DNA from: Casimicrobiaceae bacterium
GTDB taxonomy: Bacteria > Pseudomonadota > Gammaproteobacteria > Burkholderiales > Casimicrobiaceae
Length of the DNA stretch: 64,000 nucleotides
Assembly: GCA_046714435.1 (NCBI GenBank)
Contig: JBKKAZ010000221.1
Coordinates: forward strand, 7,988-71,987
Direction: 5' to 3'
Shown here: positions 28,007-40,735 of the stretch, piece by piece
Layout: the number at the start of each line of letters is the position of its first letter
Numbering within the stretch: the stretch's first letter is position 1
The notes under the pieces: model-generated
What the model was told of the DNA's origin: nothing
Database searches by the model: none
Seen by the model: the letters and a program-made list of their open reading frames with translations, nothing else
Position numbers and translations under genes: made by a program

Positions 28007-29367
28007 GCCGCTACGGCTCCGTGGCTGCGCCGCGACACGCTCGCGAGCGCGGCGTCGATGATCTCGAACGCGCGATCGAGCGCCGGCTCGTCGATGATCA
28101 GCGGCGGCGACAGCGTCAGCACGTTGCCCTGGCCGATTTTGAACGACAGTCCGCGCGACAGGCACTCGTACATGGTCTGCTCGGCCTCGTCCCGCGCCGG
28201 TGTGCCGTCGGCACGCGTGAGCTCGATGCCGAGCAGGAGTCCGATGCCGCGCACGTCGCCGATCAGCCGGTGGCGCGCCTTCAGCGCCTGCATCCGTTCC
28301 AGGGCCCGCACGCCGAGACGCCGTGACCGCTCGAGCAGGCGCTCGTCCTCGATGACCTGCAGCGTTGCCAGTGCAGCGGCGCAGCCCACCGAGCTTTTTT
28401 CGTGGGTGTAGTGGCCGAGTGCCAGCTTCGAGGCGACATCGAGGTCCCGGCGGGCGATCAGCGCCGCCATCGGGAACACCGCGCCGCCCAGGCCCTTGCC
28501 GAGCACGACCATGTCAGGCACGACATCGTAGTGCTCGAACGCAAACATCGTGCCGGTGCGCCCCAGCGCGATCGGCACTTCGTCGAAGATCAGCAGCGTG
28601 CCGTGCCGGTCGCAGGCCTTGCGCAGGCAGCGATAATACTCGGGCGGCGGAATCTGGACGTCGGTACAGCGCACCGTTTCCACGATCACCGCCGCGACGT
28701 CTTCCTCCTTGTCGAGCATGTACGCGACATAGTCCGCGCAACGATTATTGCAAACACCGCCGCAGCCAAAGCTGCAACTGCGCGGATCGCATGGCGGCGC
28801 GTGCTCGGCGCCGGGCAGCAACGGCCCGATGCCCTTGCGGAACACCGCTTCGCCGCCGATCGAGATCGCATCCAGGGATGCGCCGTGGAAACTGTCCCAC
28901 ATCGAGATCGTCTTGTGACGGTCGGTGGCAACGCGCGCCAGCTTCAGCGCCATGCCGATCGCGAGCGCGCCCCCCGGCGCGAACAGCACCTTGCCCAGCG
29001 GGTCGGGCGCGAGCAGGGCGAGCCTTTCCGCGAGTTCCACCGCGTGGGCGTTGGTGAAGCGGCGCGGCGAGAACGGCAGCGAGTCGAGCGCGGCCTTGAC
29101 CGCGTTGACGACCTGCGGGTGACGGTAGCCGACCTGGTGGACGTTGTTGCCGTGGAAGTCCATGTAGCGCCGGCCTTCGACGTCGGTGAGCCAGATGCCC
29201 TCGGCTTCGACCAGCGTGTCGAGGCAGGGCGTGGACAGCGACTGGTGCAGGAACGCCGCACGGTCGCGATCGAGCCAGTCACGCGTCGCCGGACCGATGT
29301 TGGCCTTGTCCCAGGCGCGACGCCGCGAGGAGAGGTTGATGTCACCCTCCGCCGCTTCGTTCACCAT
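28003..29367 (-). CDS. pbfA: (R)-1-hydroxy-2-aminoethylphosphonate ammonia-lyase (class III aminotransferase fold)
   Basis: [61 protein letters not shown] and [16 protein letters not shown] are PbfA-specific segments. Confidence 0.88.
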   Translation of the reverse strand: MVNEAAEGDINLSSRRRAWDKANIGPATRDWLDRDRAAFLHQSLSTPCLDTLVEAEGIWLTDVEGRRYMDFHGNNVHQVGYRHPQVVNAVKAALDSLPFSPRRFTNAHAVELAERLALLAPDPLGKVLFAPGGALAIGMALKLARVATDRHKTISMWDSFHGASLDAISIGGEAVFRKGIGPLLPGAEHAPPCDPRSCSFGCGGVCNNRCADYVAYMLDKEEDVAAVIVETVRCTDVQIPPPEYYRCLRKACDRHGTLLIFDEVPIALGRTGTMFAFEHYDVVPDMVVLGKGLGGAVFPMAALIARRDLDVASKLALGHYTHEKSSVGCAAALATLQVIEDERLLERSRRLGVRALERMQALKARHRLIGDVRGIGLLLGIELTRADGTPARDEAEQTMYECLSRGLSFKIGQGNVLTLSPPLIIDEPALDRAFEIIDAALASVSRRSHGAVAA

Positions 29368-30818
29368 GGCAGCGAGTAGGTCTTGGTGTTGGTGAAGCTC
29401 TTCATCGCTTCCTGCACGCCTTCCTTGTAGCCCAGGCCCGAGTCCTTGATGCCGCCGAACGGGGTCAGCTCCAGTCGATAGCCCGGCACTTCGCGGATGT
29501 TAACGGTGCCGACGTTGAGTTCGCTTACCAGCCGCGTGATGTAATCGAGGCGGTTGGTGCATACCGACGACGACAGCCCGTAGTCGGTGCCATTGGCGAT
29601 CCGGATGGCGTCCTCCAGGGTCTTGAAGCGGATGACCGGCGAGACCGGTCCGAAGGTCTCGGTCCTGACCACGTTCATCTGCGGATCGACGTGGTCCAGC
29701 ACGGTGGGCGAGTACACGGCGCCGCGCCGCAGGTTCCCGACCAGCAATTTCGCACCGCGCGCCACCGCGTCGTTGACCCGCGCCTCGAAGCTCATCGCCG
29801 CCGCCTGGTCGATCACCGTACCCATCTCGTTGGCCGGATCCATCGGGTCGCCGTAGGTCCATCGCTCGGTGAGCGCGACCAGCCGCTCGACGAACGCGTC
29901 AGCGACGGACTCCTGCACCAGCATGCGCTTGACCGCCGTGCAGCGCTGGCCCGAGTTTTTGTACGATCCATTCGCGGCCAGCGCCGCCGCCTCGTCAAGG
30001 TCGGCGTCCTCCATGACGATGAGCGGGTCGTTGCCGCCCAGTTCCAGCACCTGGCGCTTGTAGACGGCCTTGCCTGCGATGTACTTGCCGACCGCGACGC
30101 CGCCGGTAAACGTCACCAGGTCGACCGACGGGTCGGTCAGCATCGCATCGGCGATTTCGCGCGGGTCGCCGGTAACCACCGAAAACATCTCCGGCGGCAA
30201 TCCGGCTTCGTAGAGGATGTCCGCGAGCAGCAGCGCCGACAGCGGCGTCTTCTCGGCGGGCTTGAGCACCATCCGGTTGTTGGTCGCGACCGCCGGCGCC
30301 ACCTTGTGCGCGACCTGGTTCAACGGATGATTGAACGGTGTGATGGCACTGATGACGCCCAGCAGCGGCTCGCGCAGCGTGTAGATCTTGCGCGACTTGC
30401 CGTGCGGCGTCAGGTCGCAGGAGAACACCTGTCCGTCGTCGGTCAGAGCGGCGTTGCCGGCGAACACGAACACGTCGCAGGCGCGGCCGACTTCGTAGAG
30501 TGAATCCTTCTTGCTGATCCCGCATTCGGCGGTGATCAGGTCCGAGATGGCATCGGCACGGCTGCGGATCAGTTCCGCGGTTCGCTGGCAGATCCGGTAG
30601 CGGTCGTAGCGACTGAGCTTCGGCTTGTAAGCCTTCGCCACGGCGAACGCATGCTGGATGTCGTCGACGCCGGCCTTCGGCACTGTGCCGACCAACGCGC
30701 CGGTGTACGGATTGTGCACTTCGATGACGCGATCATGGCCCACCTTCACGCCGGCAATGCGCATCTTCTCGCGCAGCACGTGGCCCTGCTTGAGTTCAGC
30801 AAGTGAGTTCATGTGCAA
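29361..30818 (-). CDS. phnY: Phosphonoacetaldehyde dehydrogenase
   Basis: ALDH fold with [45 protein letters not shown] and [25 protein letters not shown]. Adjacent to phnA. Confidence 0.93.
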   Translation of the reverse strand: MHMNSLAELKQGHVLREKMRIAGVKVGHDRVIEVHNPYTGALVGTVPKAGVDDIQHAFAVAKAYKPKLSRYDRYRICQRTAELIRSRADAISDLITAECGISKKDSLYEVGRACDVFVFAGNAALTDDGQVFSCDLTPHGKSRKIYTLREPLLGVISAITPFNHPLNQVAHKVAPAVATNNRMVLKPAEKTPLSALLLADILYEAGLPPEMFSVVTGDPREIADAMLTDPSVDLVTFTGGVAVGKYIAGKAVYKRQVLELGGNDPLIVMEDADLDEAAALAANGSYKNSGQRCTAVKRMLVQESVADAFVERLVALTERWTYGDPMDPANEMGTVIDQAAAMSFEARVNDAVARGAKLLVGNLRRGAVYSPTVLDHVDPQMNVVRTETFGPVSPVIRFKTLEDAIRIANGTDYGLSSSVCTNRLDYITRLVSELNVGTVNIREVPGYRLELTPFGGIKDSGLGYKEGVQEAMKSFTNTKTYSLPW

Positions 30819-30821
30819 CCC

Positions 30822-32895
<2,074 letters not shown>

Positions 32896-32921
32896 GTTGC
32901 GATTTAACGCGGTTCGGGTGT

Positions 32922-32937
32922 AGATTGTCAACAATCT
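32922..32937. promoter_or_regulatory. Palindromic GntR-type operator in the phnR/ABC divergent region
   Basis: AGATTGT-CA-ACAATCT has perfect 7-bp arms and lies 26 bp upstream of the phnR start. Confidence 0.7.
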
Positions 32938-33137
32938 GCAATCGGCAGGAGTTAGCATGCGTGCCGCGCACCCGATTCTGGACCTTGCGGGGGATGACCG
33001 CCCGCGCGGCCCGTTGCCGGTACCGTGGGCTGCGAGTAGCATCCTCGGACGCTGATCCCGGAGCCGCTGCGCAGGTTGCCCCGGCGCTCCCGTTCGCAAG
33101 CCGGCCGTTCGTATTTTCCCGACCAAGGAGTCCCGTG

Positions 33138-34166
33138 ATGAAACTTGCCCGTGGTTTGTCCCTGGCGGCAATCGCCGCCGCTGCATTCGCGTTGGTTGCG
33201 CCGGCCGCGGCGCAGAAGACCGAGCTGCTGGTCTACACCGCGCTCGAAACCGACCAGCTCAAGGCGTACGCGGAAGCCTTCAACAAGGCGGTGCCGGACG
33301 TCGAGGTCAAGTGGGTGCGCGATTCCACCGGCGTGGTCACCGCCAAGCTGATCGCGGAGAAGGCCAACCCGCAGGCGGACGTCATCTGGGGATTGGCGGC
33401 GACCAGCCTCCTGGTGATGGACAACGAAGGCATGCTGCAGGGCTACGCGCCGAAAGGCCTGGCGGCGTTGGGGAGTCAGTACAAGGACACCAAGAGCCCG
33501 CCGAACTGGTGGGGGATGGATGTCTGGGGCGCGACCGTATGCTTCAACACCGTCGAGGCCGCCAAAACCAACCTTCCCAAGCCCGAGTCCTGGCAGGACC
33601 TGACCAAGCCGGTCTACAAGGGCAAGATCGTCATGCCCAACCCGGCCTCCTCCGGCACCGGCTTTCTTCAGGTGACGTCTTGGCTGCAGATCTTTGGTGA
33701 ACAGAACGGCTGGAAGTATATGGACGCGCTGCACGAGAACATCGCGCAGTACACCCATTCGGGCAGCAAACCCTGCGTCCAGGCCGGCAGCGGCGAATTC
33801 CCGATCGGCATCTCGTTCGAGTACCGCGCCAACACCATCAAGGCCAAGGGCGGTCCGATCGACCTGGTCTTCCCCAAGGAAGGGCTGGGTTGGGACATGG
33901 AGGCGTTCGGCATCATGAAGGGCACCAAGAAGCTCGATGCCGCGCGGAAGCTCGCCGATTGGGCGGCGTCGCGCCCGGCGATGGAACTCTATGCCAAGAG
34001 CTACGCGATCGTCGCGTTGCCGGGCGTCGCGCAACCGCTACCCAATGTTCCCGCCGACTATGAAAAGCGGCTGGTGAAGAACGACTTCGCGTGGGCGGCC
34101 AAGAACCGTGACCTCATCCTCGCCGAATGGTCGAAGCGCTACGACGCCAAGTCGGAGAAGAAGTAA
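33138..34166 (+). CDS. aepX: 2-aminoethylphosphonate ABC transporter substrate-binding protein (AepX/PhnS2-like)
   Basis: Signal peptide, VYTALETDQL, WVRDSTGVVTAKL.AEKANPQADVIWGLAA, MPNPASSGTG, YTHSGSKPC and ISFEYR. RBS AAGGAG. phn context. Confidence 0.85.
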   Translation: MKLARGLSLAAIAAAAFALVAPAAAQKTELLVYTALETDQLKAYAEAFNKAVPDVEVKWVRDSTGVVTAKLIAEKANPQADVIWGLAATSLLVMDNEGMLQGYAPKGLAALGSQYKDTKSPPNWWGMDVWGATVCFNTVEAAKTNLPKPESWQDLTKPVYKGKIVMPNPASSGTGFLQVTSWLQIFGEQNGWKYMDALHENIAQYTHSGSKPCVQAGSGEFPIGISFEYRANTIKAKGGPIDLVFPKEGLGWDMEAFGIMKGTKKLDAARKLADWAASRPAMELYAKSYAIVALPGVAQPLPNVPADYEKRLVKNDFAWAAKNRDLILAEWSKRYDAKSEKK

Positions 34167-34237
34167 CCGCCGTCCGGTGGCGGCGCCCCGCATCGGCCGG
34201 GGTGCCGCGCCACCTCGCGTAGAGGAGATGCGACCGC

Positions 34238-35311
34238 GTGGCTTTGGATGAGATCTACCTGCGGCTCGAGGGCATCAACAAGAGTTTCGGCAAGTTCGTC
34301 GCGTTGCAGGACATCGGTCTCGAGGTCAGGCGCGGCGAACTCCTGGTGCTGCTCGGCCCCTCGGGCTGCGGCAAGACGACGCTGCTGCGGATCGTCGCCG
34401 GCCTCGAGTCCCAGGATGGGGGCGCCATCGTTCAGGACGGCAAGGACATCTCCCGGCTCCCCGCGATCAAGCGCGATTACGGCATCGTCTTTCAGTCCTA
34501 CGCGCTGTTTCCGAATCTCACCGTCCACGACAACGTCGCCTACGGTCTCGTCAACCGGCGCCAGGGCCGCGTCGCGATCGAATCGCGGGTGCAGGAGCTC
34601 CTGAAGCTCGTCGGCCTGTCGGAGTCGGGGTCCAAGTATCCGGGGCAGCTCTCCGGCGGCCAGCAGCAACGCATCGCAGTCGCCCGCGCGCTTGCGTCGG
34701 CGCCCGGATTGCTGCTGCTCGACGAGCCGCTGTCGGCGCTGGACGCGTTGGAGCGGGTGCGCCTGCGCGGCGAAGTTCGTGCGCTGCAGCAGCGGCTTTC
34801 GGTGACCACGGTCATGGTGACTCACGATCAGGAGGAGGCGCTATCGATGGCCGACCGCATCGTCGTGATGAACGCGGGCCATATCGAGCAGGTCGGCACC
34901 CCGCGCGAAATCTATGGCGAGCCGGCGACGCCGTTCGTTGCCGACTTTGTCGGCAAGATCAATGTCCTGCCGGCCGTGGCGGAAGGCGACGGGCGCTTCC
35001 GCGTCGGCAATGTTTCGCTGGCCACGACCTGCCGCAACGTCGCCGCGGGTACGGCCGTAAAGCTGTACCTGCGCCCCGAGGAGATCACGGTGAACCCGAA
35101 CGGCGCGGCGACGGGAAACACGCTCGCAGCCACCGTCGCCAAAGTGGAATTCCTGGGCGCGTTTTGCATGGTGGGCATCTCGCTCGAGGCGGCGGGCGCG
35201 CCGGCGCTGGTGGCAAACGTGTCCCGGCAGGCCGTTGACGCGTCCCGAATAGCGCAGGGCCAGAGCGTCACCATCAGCGTCCCGCCCGCGGCCCTGCGCG
35301 TACTGGGCTGA
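34238..35311 (+). CDS. Aminophosphonate ABC transporter ATP-binding protein
   Basis: GPSGCGKTT, LSGGQQQR, LLLDEP, VTHDQEEA and a TOBE tail. Confidence 0.92.
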   Translation: MALDEIYLRLEGINKSFGKFVALQDIGLEVRRGELLVLLGPSGCGKTTLLRIVAGLESQDGGAIVQDGKDISRLPAIKRDYGIVFQSYALFPNLTVHDNVAYGLVNRRQGRVAIESRVQELLKLVGLSESGSKYPGQLSGGQQQRIAVARALASAPGLLLLDEPLSALDALERVRLRGEVRALQQRLSVTTVMVTHDQEEALSMADRIVVMNAGHIEQVGTPREIYGEPATPFVADFVGKINVLPAVAEGDGRFRVGNVSLATTCRNVAAGTAVKLYLRPEEITVNPNGAATGNTLAATVAKVEFLGAFCMVGISLEAAGAPALVANVSRQAVDASRIAQGQSVTISVPPAALRVLG

Positions 35312-35328
35312 ACGCGCCCCCGCAAGCG

Positions 35329-37050
35329 ATGGCCACTCCCGCCGTTGCGCTCCCCCGGGTCGTGGCGCCGGCGGTCCGACCGCGCGTGCACTGGCTCGAC
35401 CGGCTCGCGCAGGGCCTGCTGCTGGTGTGCTGCGCGATCCTGATCGCGTTCCTGCTCGCGCCGATGGCGGCGATCCTGGTCAAGAGCGTGCAGGACAACG
35501 CCGGCAACTTCGTCGGCCTCATGCAGTTCCGCGATTATTTCGCCACCCCGGCGCTGCGCAGTTCGATCTGGAACACGCTGTGGGTGGCCTCGGTGGTGAC
35601 CGCGATCACCGTGCCGCTTGCCTTCATCTACGCCTACGCGCTGACGCGCTCGTGCATGCCGGGCAAGATGGTGTTTCGCGTGATCGCGTTGACGCCGATC
35701 CTGGCGCCTTCGCTGATGGCGGCAATTTCGTTCATCCAGTGGTTCGGCAACCAGGGCGCGCTCAAGGGGCTGCTGGGCGGGGCGTCGGTCTACGGCCCGC
35801 TGGGGATCATCCTGAGTTCGATCTACGCGACCTTTCCCCACGCGCTGATGATCATCCTGACCTCGCTGCTGCTGGCCGATGGCCGGCTCTACGAGGCGGC
35901 GGAATCGCTGCGCACGCCGCGTTGGCGCAAATTCATGACCATCACGCTGCCGGGCGCTCAGTTCGGGCTGGTCAGCGCCACCATGGTGGTGTTTTCGTAC
36001 ACCGTCAGCGATTTCGGCATTCCCAAGGTGATCGGCGGCAATTTCAACGTCCTCGCCGTCGACGTCTTCAAGCAGGTGATCGGCCAGCAGAATTTCAACA
36101 AGGGCGCGGTGGTCGGCCTGATCCTGCTGGTGCCGGTGCTGCTCGCGTTCGTCGTCGACTGGATCATGCAGGGCCGGATCCAGGCCCAGTTTTCGGCGCG
36201 GGCGGTTCCCTACGCGCCCAAGCGCGAACCATGGTTCGACCGGGCCATGCTCGCGTTCTGCGTCGTCGTGGCGCTGCTGCTGCTGGCGGTGCTGGGGATG
36301 GCGGTCTATACGTCGCTCATCAAGTTCTGGCCTTACGACAAGTCGATGAGTCTGCGCCACTACACCTTCGGCCTGGTCGACGCCGGCGTCATCGTGTCGT
36401 TTTTCAACAGCCTCAAGTTGGCGCTGGCGAGCGCGGCTTTCGGCACGATGTTCATCTTCGGCGTCGCCTACCTGCTCGAGAAGACGCGCGGGATGCCGTG
36501 GACCAAGTCCGCAGTGCGCCTGCTGGCGGCGGTGCCGATGGCGGTGCCGGGCATGGTGCTCGGACTGGGCTACATCCTGTTCTTCAACGATCCTGCCAAT
36601 CCGCTGAACGGACTCTACGGCACGATGAGCATTCTGGTGTTGTCGACCGTCGTCCACTACTACACGTCGAGCCACCTGACGGCGGTCACGGCGTTGAAGG
36701 CGCTCGACGACGAATTCGAGGCGGTGTCCGCCTCGCTGAAGGTTCCGTTCTACAAGACCTTCTTTCGGGTGACGGTTCCGGTCTGCCTGCCGGCGATTCT
36801 CGACATCGGGCGCTATATGTTCGTCAACGCGATGGTGACCATCTCCGCGGTGGTGTTCCTGTATGCACCCGGAACGCATCTGGCCTCGATCGCGATCCTC
36901 AATCTGGACGAAGCCGGTGAAATCGGTCCCGCGGCCGCCATGGCCACGCTGATCGTCGCGACCTCGACGACCATTTGCGTGATCTACGCGGTGCTCACGC
37001 GCCTTGTCGTCACCAAGACGCAAGCGTGGCGTGTGCCGACTGTCGGGTGA
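35329..37050 (+). CDS. Aminophosphonate ABC transporter permease (fused double MetI-type domain)
   Basis: Two EAA motifs (LYEAAESL, FEAVSASLK), YALTRSCMPGK and YTSSHLTAVTALK. Confidence 0.9.
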   Translation: MATPAVALPRVVAPAVRPRVHWLDRLAQGLLLVCCAILIAFLLAPMAAILVKSVQDNAGNFVGLMQFRDYFATPALRSSIWNTLWVASVVTAITVPLAFIYAYALTRSCMPGKMVFRVIALTPILAPSLMAAISFIQWFGNQGALKGLLGGASVYGPLGIILSSIYATFPHALMIILTSLLLADGRLYEAAESLRTPRWRKFMTITLPGAQFGLVSATMVVFSYTVSDFGIPKVIGGNFNVLAVDVFKQVIGQQNFNKGAVVGLILLVPVLLAFVVDWIMQGRIQAQFSARAVPYAPKREPWFDRAMLAFCVVVALLLLAVLGMAVYTSLIKFWPYDKSMSLRHYTFGLVDAGVIVSFFNSLKLALASAAFGTMFIFGVAYLLEKTRGMPWTKSAVRLLAAVPMAVPGMVLGLGYILFFNDPANPLNGLYGTMSILVLSTVVHYYTSSHLTAVTALKALDDEFEAVSASLKVPFYKTFFRVTVPVCLPAILDIGRYMFVNAMVTISAVVFLYAPGTHLASIAILNLDEAGEIGPAAAMATLIVATSTTICVIYAVLTRLVVTKTQAWRVPTVG

Positions 37051-37067
37051 TGGAACGGCAAACCGAC

Positions 37068-37176
37068 GTAAACGAGTGAACAAGCGAACAAGCGAACAAG
37101 TGAATGAAAGCGCGCGATGCGTGCGTTGTTCATTTTTTCACCCGTTCACCCGTTCACCCGTTCACCCGTTCACCCA
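37068..37176. repeat. Inverted octamer tandem arrays between the ABC permease and phnW
   Basis: GTAAACGA GTGAACAA GCGAACAA GCGAACAA GTGAATGA (37068-37107), then TTCACCCG x4 + TTCACCCA (37137-37176). Confidence 0.88.
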
Positions 37177-37199
37177 TATACGGCATTCCAGGACGAACC

Positions 37200-38345
37200 A
37201 TGACCCTTCATTCCCGCGATCCGATCCTGCTCACCCCCGGTCCGCTGACGACCTCGCTGCCCACCAAGGCCGCGATGCTCCGCGACTGGGGCTCCTGGGA
37301 CGCGAGCTTCAACGCGGTGACGGCGCGCTTGCGCGCCAAACTCTGCGACGTCATTCACGCGACTGACACCCACGTCTGCGTGCCGATGCAGGGCAGCGGA
37401 ACTTTCTCCGTGGAGGCCGCGATCAATACGCTCGTCCCCCGTCACGGCCACGTGCTGGTGCTGATCAATGGCGCCTACGGCAAGCGGATGGCGAAGCTCA
37501 CCGGGATGATGGGCCGAAAGCTGTCGACGTTCGAGACCGCCGACAGCGTGCCGACAGCGGCAGCCGACGTGAACCGGCTGCTGGCGCAGGACCCGTCGAT
37601 CACCCATGTGGCCCTGGTCCACTGCGAGACGTCGACGGGCATCCTCAATGCGCTGCCGGAAATCGCGGCCGTGGTTGCAGGCCAGGGCAGGCGCCTCGTG
37701 GTCGACGCGATGAGCTCGTTCGGAGCGCTGCCGATCGATGCGCGCAAGACGCCATTCGATGCGCTGGTAGCGGCATCGGGCAAGTGCGTGGAGGGTCCTC
37801 CCGGGATGGGATTCGTGTTCGTGAAAAAGGGCGTGCTCGACCAATGCGCCGGCAATTGCACGTCGCTCGCCCTCGACCTCCACGACCAGTGGGCGTACAT
37901 GGAGAAGACCACCCAGTGGCGTTTCACCCCGCCCACGCATATCGTGGCTGCGCTCGACGCCGCGCTGGACCAATTTGTTGCCGAAGGTGGGCAGCCGGCG
38001 CGCCTGGCGCGCTACACGGCCAACTGCGCGACGCTCGTGCAGGGCATGGCCGAGCTGGGGTTCCGCCCGTTCCTCGAGCCGTCGATCCAGGCGCCGATCA
38101 TCGTCACCTTCCACGCGCCGGCCGATCCGAAATACAACTTCCGCGAGTTCTACGATCGCGTGCGCGACAAGGGCTTCATCCTCTATCCCGGCAAGCTCAC
38201 CGAGGTCGAGACTTTTCGTGTGGGCTGCATCGGCGCGATCGGTCCCGACGAGATGCGCCAGGCGGTGCACGCGGTGCGCGATACGCTCGCGGAGATGGGC
38301 ATCGCGACCGTGGCGCCCGCGTTGGTGCGTCGCGCGGCGGCATAG
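37200..38345 (+). CDS. phnW: 2-aminoethylphosphonate--pyruvate transaminase
   Basis: [69 protein letters not shown] and [10 protein letters not shown]. Confidence 0.96.
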   Translation: MTLHSRDPILLTPGPLTTSLPTKAAMLRDWGSWDASFNAVTARLRAKLCDVIHATDTHVCVPMQGSGTFSVEAAINTLVPRHGHVLVLINGAYGKRMAKLTGMMGRKLSTFETADSVPTAAADVNRLLAQDPSITHVALVHCETSTGILNALPEIAAVVAGQGRRLVVDAMSSFGALPIDARKTPFDALVAASGKCVEGPPGMGFVFVKKGVLDQCAGNCTSLALDLHDQWAYMEKTTQWRFTPPTHIVAALDAALDQFVAEGGQPARLARYTANCATLVQGMAELGFRPFLEPSIQAPIIVTFHAPADPKYNFREFYDRVRDKGFILYPGKLTEVETFRVGCIGAIGPDEMRQAVHAVRDTLAEMGIATVAPALVRRAAA

Positions 38346-38443
38346 GCGCAACGAGTGTCATCTGGCGGAGAGAGGTGGCGCCGCGTAACTCGACAGGGAG
38401 AGGGCCGGCGCCAGCGTGGTAATCGTCCTGTTCCAGCCGCCCT

Positions 38444-39358
38444 TCAGGCGACGAACAGCCCGACCGCCACCAGGACCGGCGTCGCGAGATTGACCGCCAC
38501 GTTGCGAGCCATCGCGGGCAGCAGCGCGTCGATGTCGTCTGAATGGCGCAGCGTGTCGCGCGCGGCAGGAATCGCGAGCGCGATAGTCCCCAGGCCCAGC
38601 AGGCACTGCCACGGCAACGCCCCGGCCAGCACGCCTGCCACCAGCGAAACGTACGCAAGGATCAGCAGCACGACGTAGGCGTGTGCCGCGCGCGGGCGGC
38701 CCCAGGCGATCGGCAGGTGGCGGCGCCCGGCGGCACGGTCGGCCTCGACGTCGGGAAACTGATTGAGCAGCAGCAGTGCATTGACAAGGAAGAACGGAAT
38801 CAGCGTCGCCCAGAGCGCGACTTCGTCGATCCTTCCCGTGAGCACGATGTGCGTCCCACCTACCATAATTGGGCCGAAGCCCAGCCCGGGTGCGACGAGG
38901 CAAGGCCAGGGATGGCGCGTGATCCACGCCGTATAGGCGACGACGAGCAGTAAGCCGGCGATGCCGAGCGGCACCAGCGCGGCGCCGCGCAGCACGACCA
39001 GCCCGAGCCCGATGGCCGCGGCGACCACGAATGCCACGACCGCGATCGCCAGCGCGAGCGGCGCCGCGGCCGGATCGGCCGGCAGCACGCCGCTGCCGCC
39101 GGAGAAGGGCGTGCGCTTCGTCTTCAGGTCGAGCCCGCTCCTGAAGTCGAGATACTCGTTCAATGCGTTGACGCTCACGTGCGCAGCGAGCGCGGCGAGG
39201 AGCGAGAGGATTGCGAGCGGCCAGGCGACGCGGCCTTGCGCGTGGAACGCGGTCGCGACTCCGAGCAGCACGCAGGAAAGCGTGAGTGGCAGGAAGGGCA
39301 CGCGCATCGGCCCCATCAGTCGGTGGGCATGATTCATCGGGTCCCTCGGGGTCAGCAC
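38444..39358 (-). CDS. UbiA/MenA-family prenyltransferase
   Basis: MRVPFLPLT, VSVNALNEYLDF..G.D, TPFSGGSG, LLLNQFPDVEAD..AGRRHL and multiple TM segments. Confidence 0.85.
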   Translation of the reverse strand: MLTPRDPMNHAHRLMGPMRVPFLPLTLSCVLLGVATAFHAQGRVAWPLAILSLLAALAAHVSVNALNEYLDFRSGLDLKTKRTPFSGGSGVLPADPAAAPLALAIAVVAFVVAAAIGLGLVVLRGAALVPLGIAGLLLVVAYTAWITRHPWPCLVAPGLGFGPIMVGGTHIVLTGRIDEVALWATLIPFFLVNALLLLNQFPDVEADRAAGRRHLPIAWGRPRAAHAYVVLLILAYVSLVAGVLAGALPWQCLLGLGTIALAIPAARDTLRHSDDIDALLPAMARNVAVNLATPVLVAVGLFVA

Positions 39359-39371
39359 TGAAACATCGTTG

Positions 39372-40652
39372 CTACGCCACGCGGTTCAGCGTCCGTTTCG
39401 CAGCGCCCGGTCCATCAGCGCGCATCTGCTTCAGATACCAGCGGATGAATGCGTCCACGTTGTATTCCTTCTGCTGCGACAACGGGCCCGGCACGTACCC
39501 GATCGAGTCCACACCCTTCTGCTGCCACTTGCAGATGTCCCAGTCCTGCTCGTTGGTGAGATTCCAGAACGGCAGCAGCTTGTCCAGTGTGTAGTCTTCC
39601 CCTTCCCGGGCGCGCTGGTCGACGAGCCAGTAGCCGCGGACGCGGGTCGTGCGCGGGCCGGCCGGCAGCAACCTTGCCACGACCGCATGATCGCAGCTTG
39701 CGTGCACCCAGAAGTTTGGCATCGAGCGCATCCGCAGCACGCCGACATCGGCGTCCTGGTAGCTGCCCATCAGCGGCGCCACGCGCTGGCCGTCCATCGA
39801 TTCGGTGTCCCAGCCCTCGGTCAGTACCGTGCGGTCCGCCGCGTACCACAGGCCGTGCTCGGGATCGGGGAACGGGGCGAGGCCGCCGCGCTGGTGCGTG
39901 ATGGCGATGCCCTGGGCCGCCCACTTCGATTGCGTGCGTGCCACGGCCTCCGCCAGCTTCGCGCGGATCGCCTCCGACGCGGACGCCTCGTCGTAGACAT
40001 CGAAGTTCGCCTTCACGTACTGCGGATGACAGCGCACGCAGTGGAAACACTCGCGGTTGTTTTCCCAGACCAGCTTCCAGTTGGCCTCGACGGCGTAGTC
40101 GGAGATGTGCGCGATCCTGGCGCGGTCGAAGCCCTGTGGCCGCGCCGCGCCTTCGAAGGTTTCGCGCAGGGCATCGAACGGAGGCGGCGAGGGCGCGAGC
40201 GACACGTAGATCAGCCCGGCGCAGACTTCGGCGTGCAGGGGCCGCAGTCCCAGCTGCGACTTGTCGACGCCGTCGTGCATGCCGTGGCAGGCCACGAGGT
40301 CGCCTTGCCGCGAGTATGTCCAGCTATGATACGGACAGACGATCGCGCGAACGTGCCCGGCTTCCGCGCGGCAAAGCAGCGTTCCGCGATGCCGGCAGAC
40401 GTTGTGAAAGGCACGGACGGTGCCGGAATCGTCACGCATCACCAGGACCGGTGTCGCGTCCACCGAAAAGGTGAGGTAATCGCCCGGATTCGGAATCTCG
40501 AACGCGAACCCGGCGAACAGCCAGCCGCCAAACCAGATCTGCTCGAGTTCCCGCGCGTACAGCGCGTCGGTGTGGTAGAAGGCGCGCGGCATGCCGTGGC
40601 CTTCGCGTCGCGTGGCGAGCAGTGCCTCAAGTTCGGGTGCAAGTGCAGACAT
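39372..40652 (-). CDS. Rieske non-heme iron oxygenase alpha subunit, GbcA/Stc2 (betaine N-demethylase)-like
   Basis: HNVCRHRG...CPYHSWTY Rieske ligands, NWKLVWENNRECFHC..CHP iron site, and C-terminal NEQD..IC..QQKG..S..Y.PGP.S..E..V..F..WY. Confidence 0.85.
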   Translation of the reverse strand: MSALAPELEALLATRREGHGMPRAFYHTDALYARELEQIWFGGWLFAGFAFEIPNPGDYLTFSVDATPVLVMRDDSGTVRAFHNVCRHRGTLLCRAEAGHVRAIVCPYHSWTYSRQGDLVACHGMHDGVDKSQLGLRPLHAEVCAGLIYVSLAPSPPPFDALRETFEGAARPQGFDRARIAHISDYAVEANWKLVWENNRECFHCVRCHPQYVKANFDVYDEASASEAIRAKLAEAVARTQSKWAAQGIAITHQRGGLAPFPDPEHGLWYAADRTVLTEGWDTESMDGQRVAPLMGSYQDADVGVLRMRSMPNFWVHASCDHAVVARLLPAGPRTTRVRGYWLVDQRAREGEDYTLDKLLPFWNLTNEQDWDICKWQQKGVDSIGYVPGPLSQQKEYNVDAFIRWYLKQMRADGPGAAKRTLNRVA

Positions 40653-40703
40653 GGTCGAATCCTACGCGGGCTGTTGAACTATGCGGACCGTTACTGCTGC
40701 CGG

Positions 40704-40730
40704 TGTCATCCCGAGCTTGCCGAGGGATCT
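40704..40730. repeat. Solitary REP-like palindrome (second family)
   Basis: TGTCATCCCGAGCTTGCCGAGGGATCT resembles widespread GTCATCCYGAGCNNNGCGARGGATCT intergenic palindromes. Confidence 0.45.
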
Positions 40731-40735
40731 GCTTT

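Noticed and set aside
32925-32942. Possible Pho box (TTGTCA-N5-CTGCAA)
   Set aside because: The second half-site is poor, and the same bases are better explained by the perfect palindrome.
37137-37176. ORF 37104-38345 N-terminal extension encoding [13 protein letters not shown]
   Set aside because: The extension is a translation of the octamer repeat. PhnW homology begins at ATG 37200.
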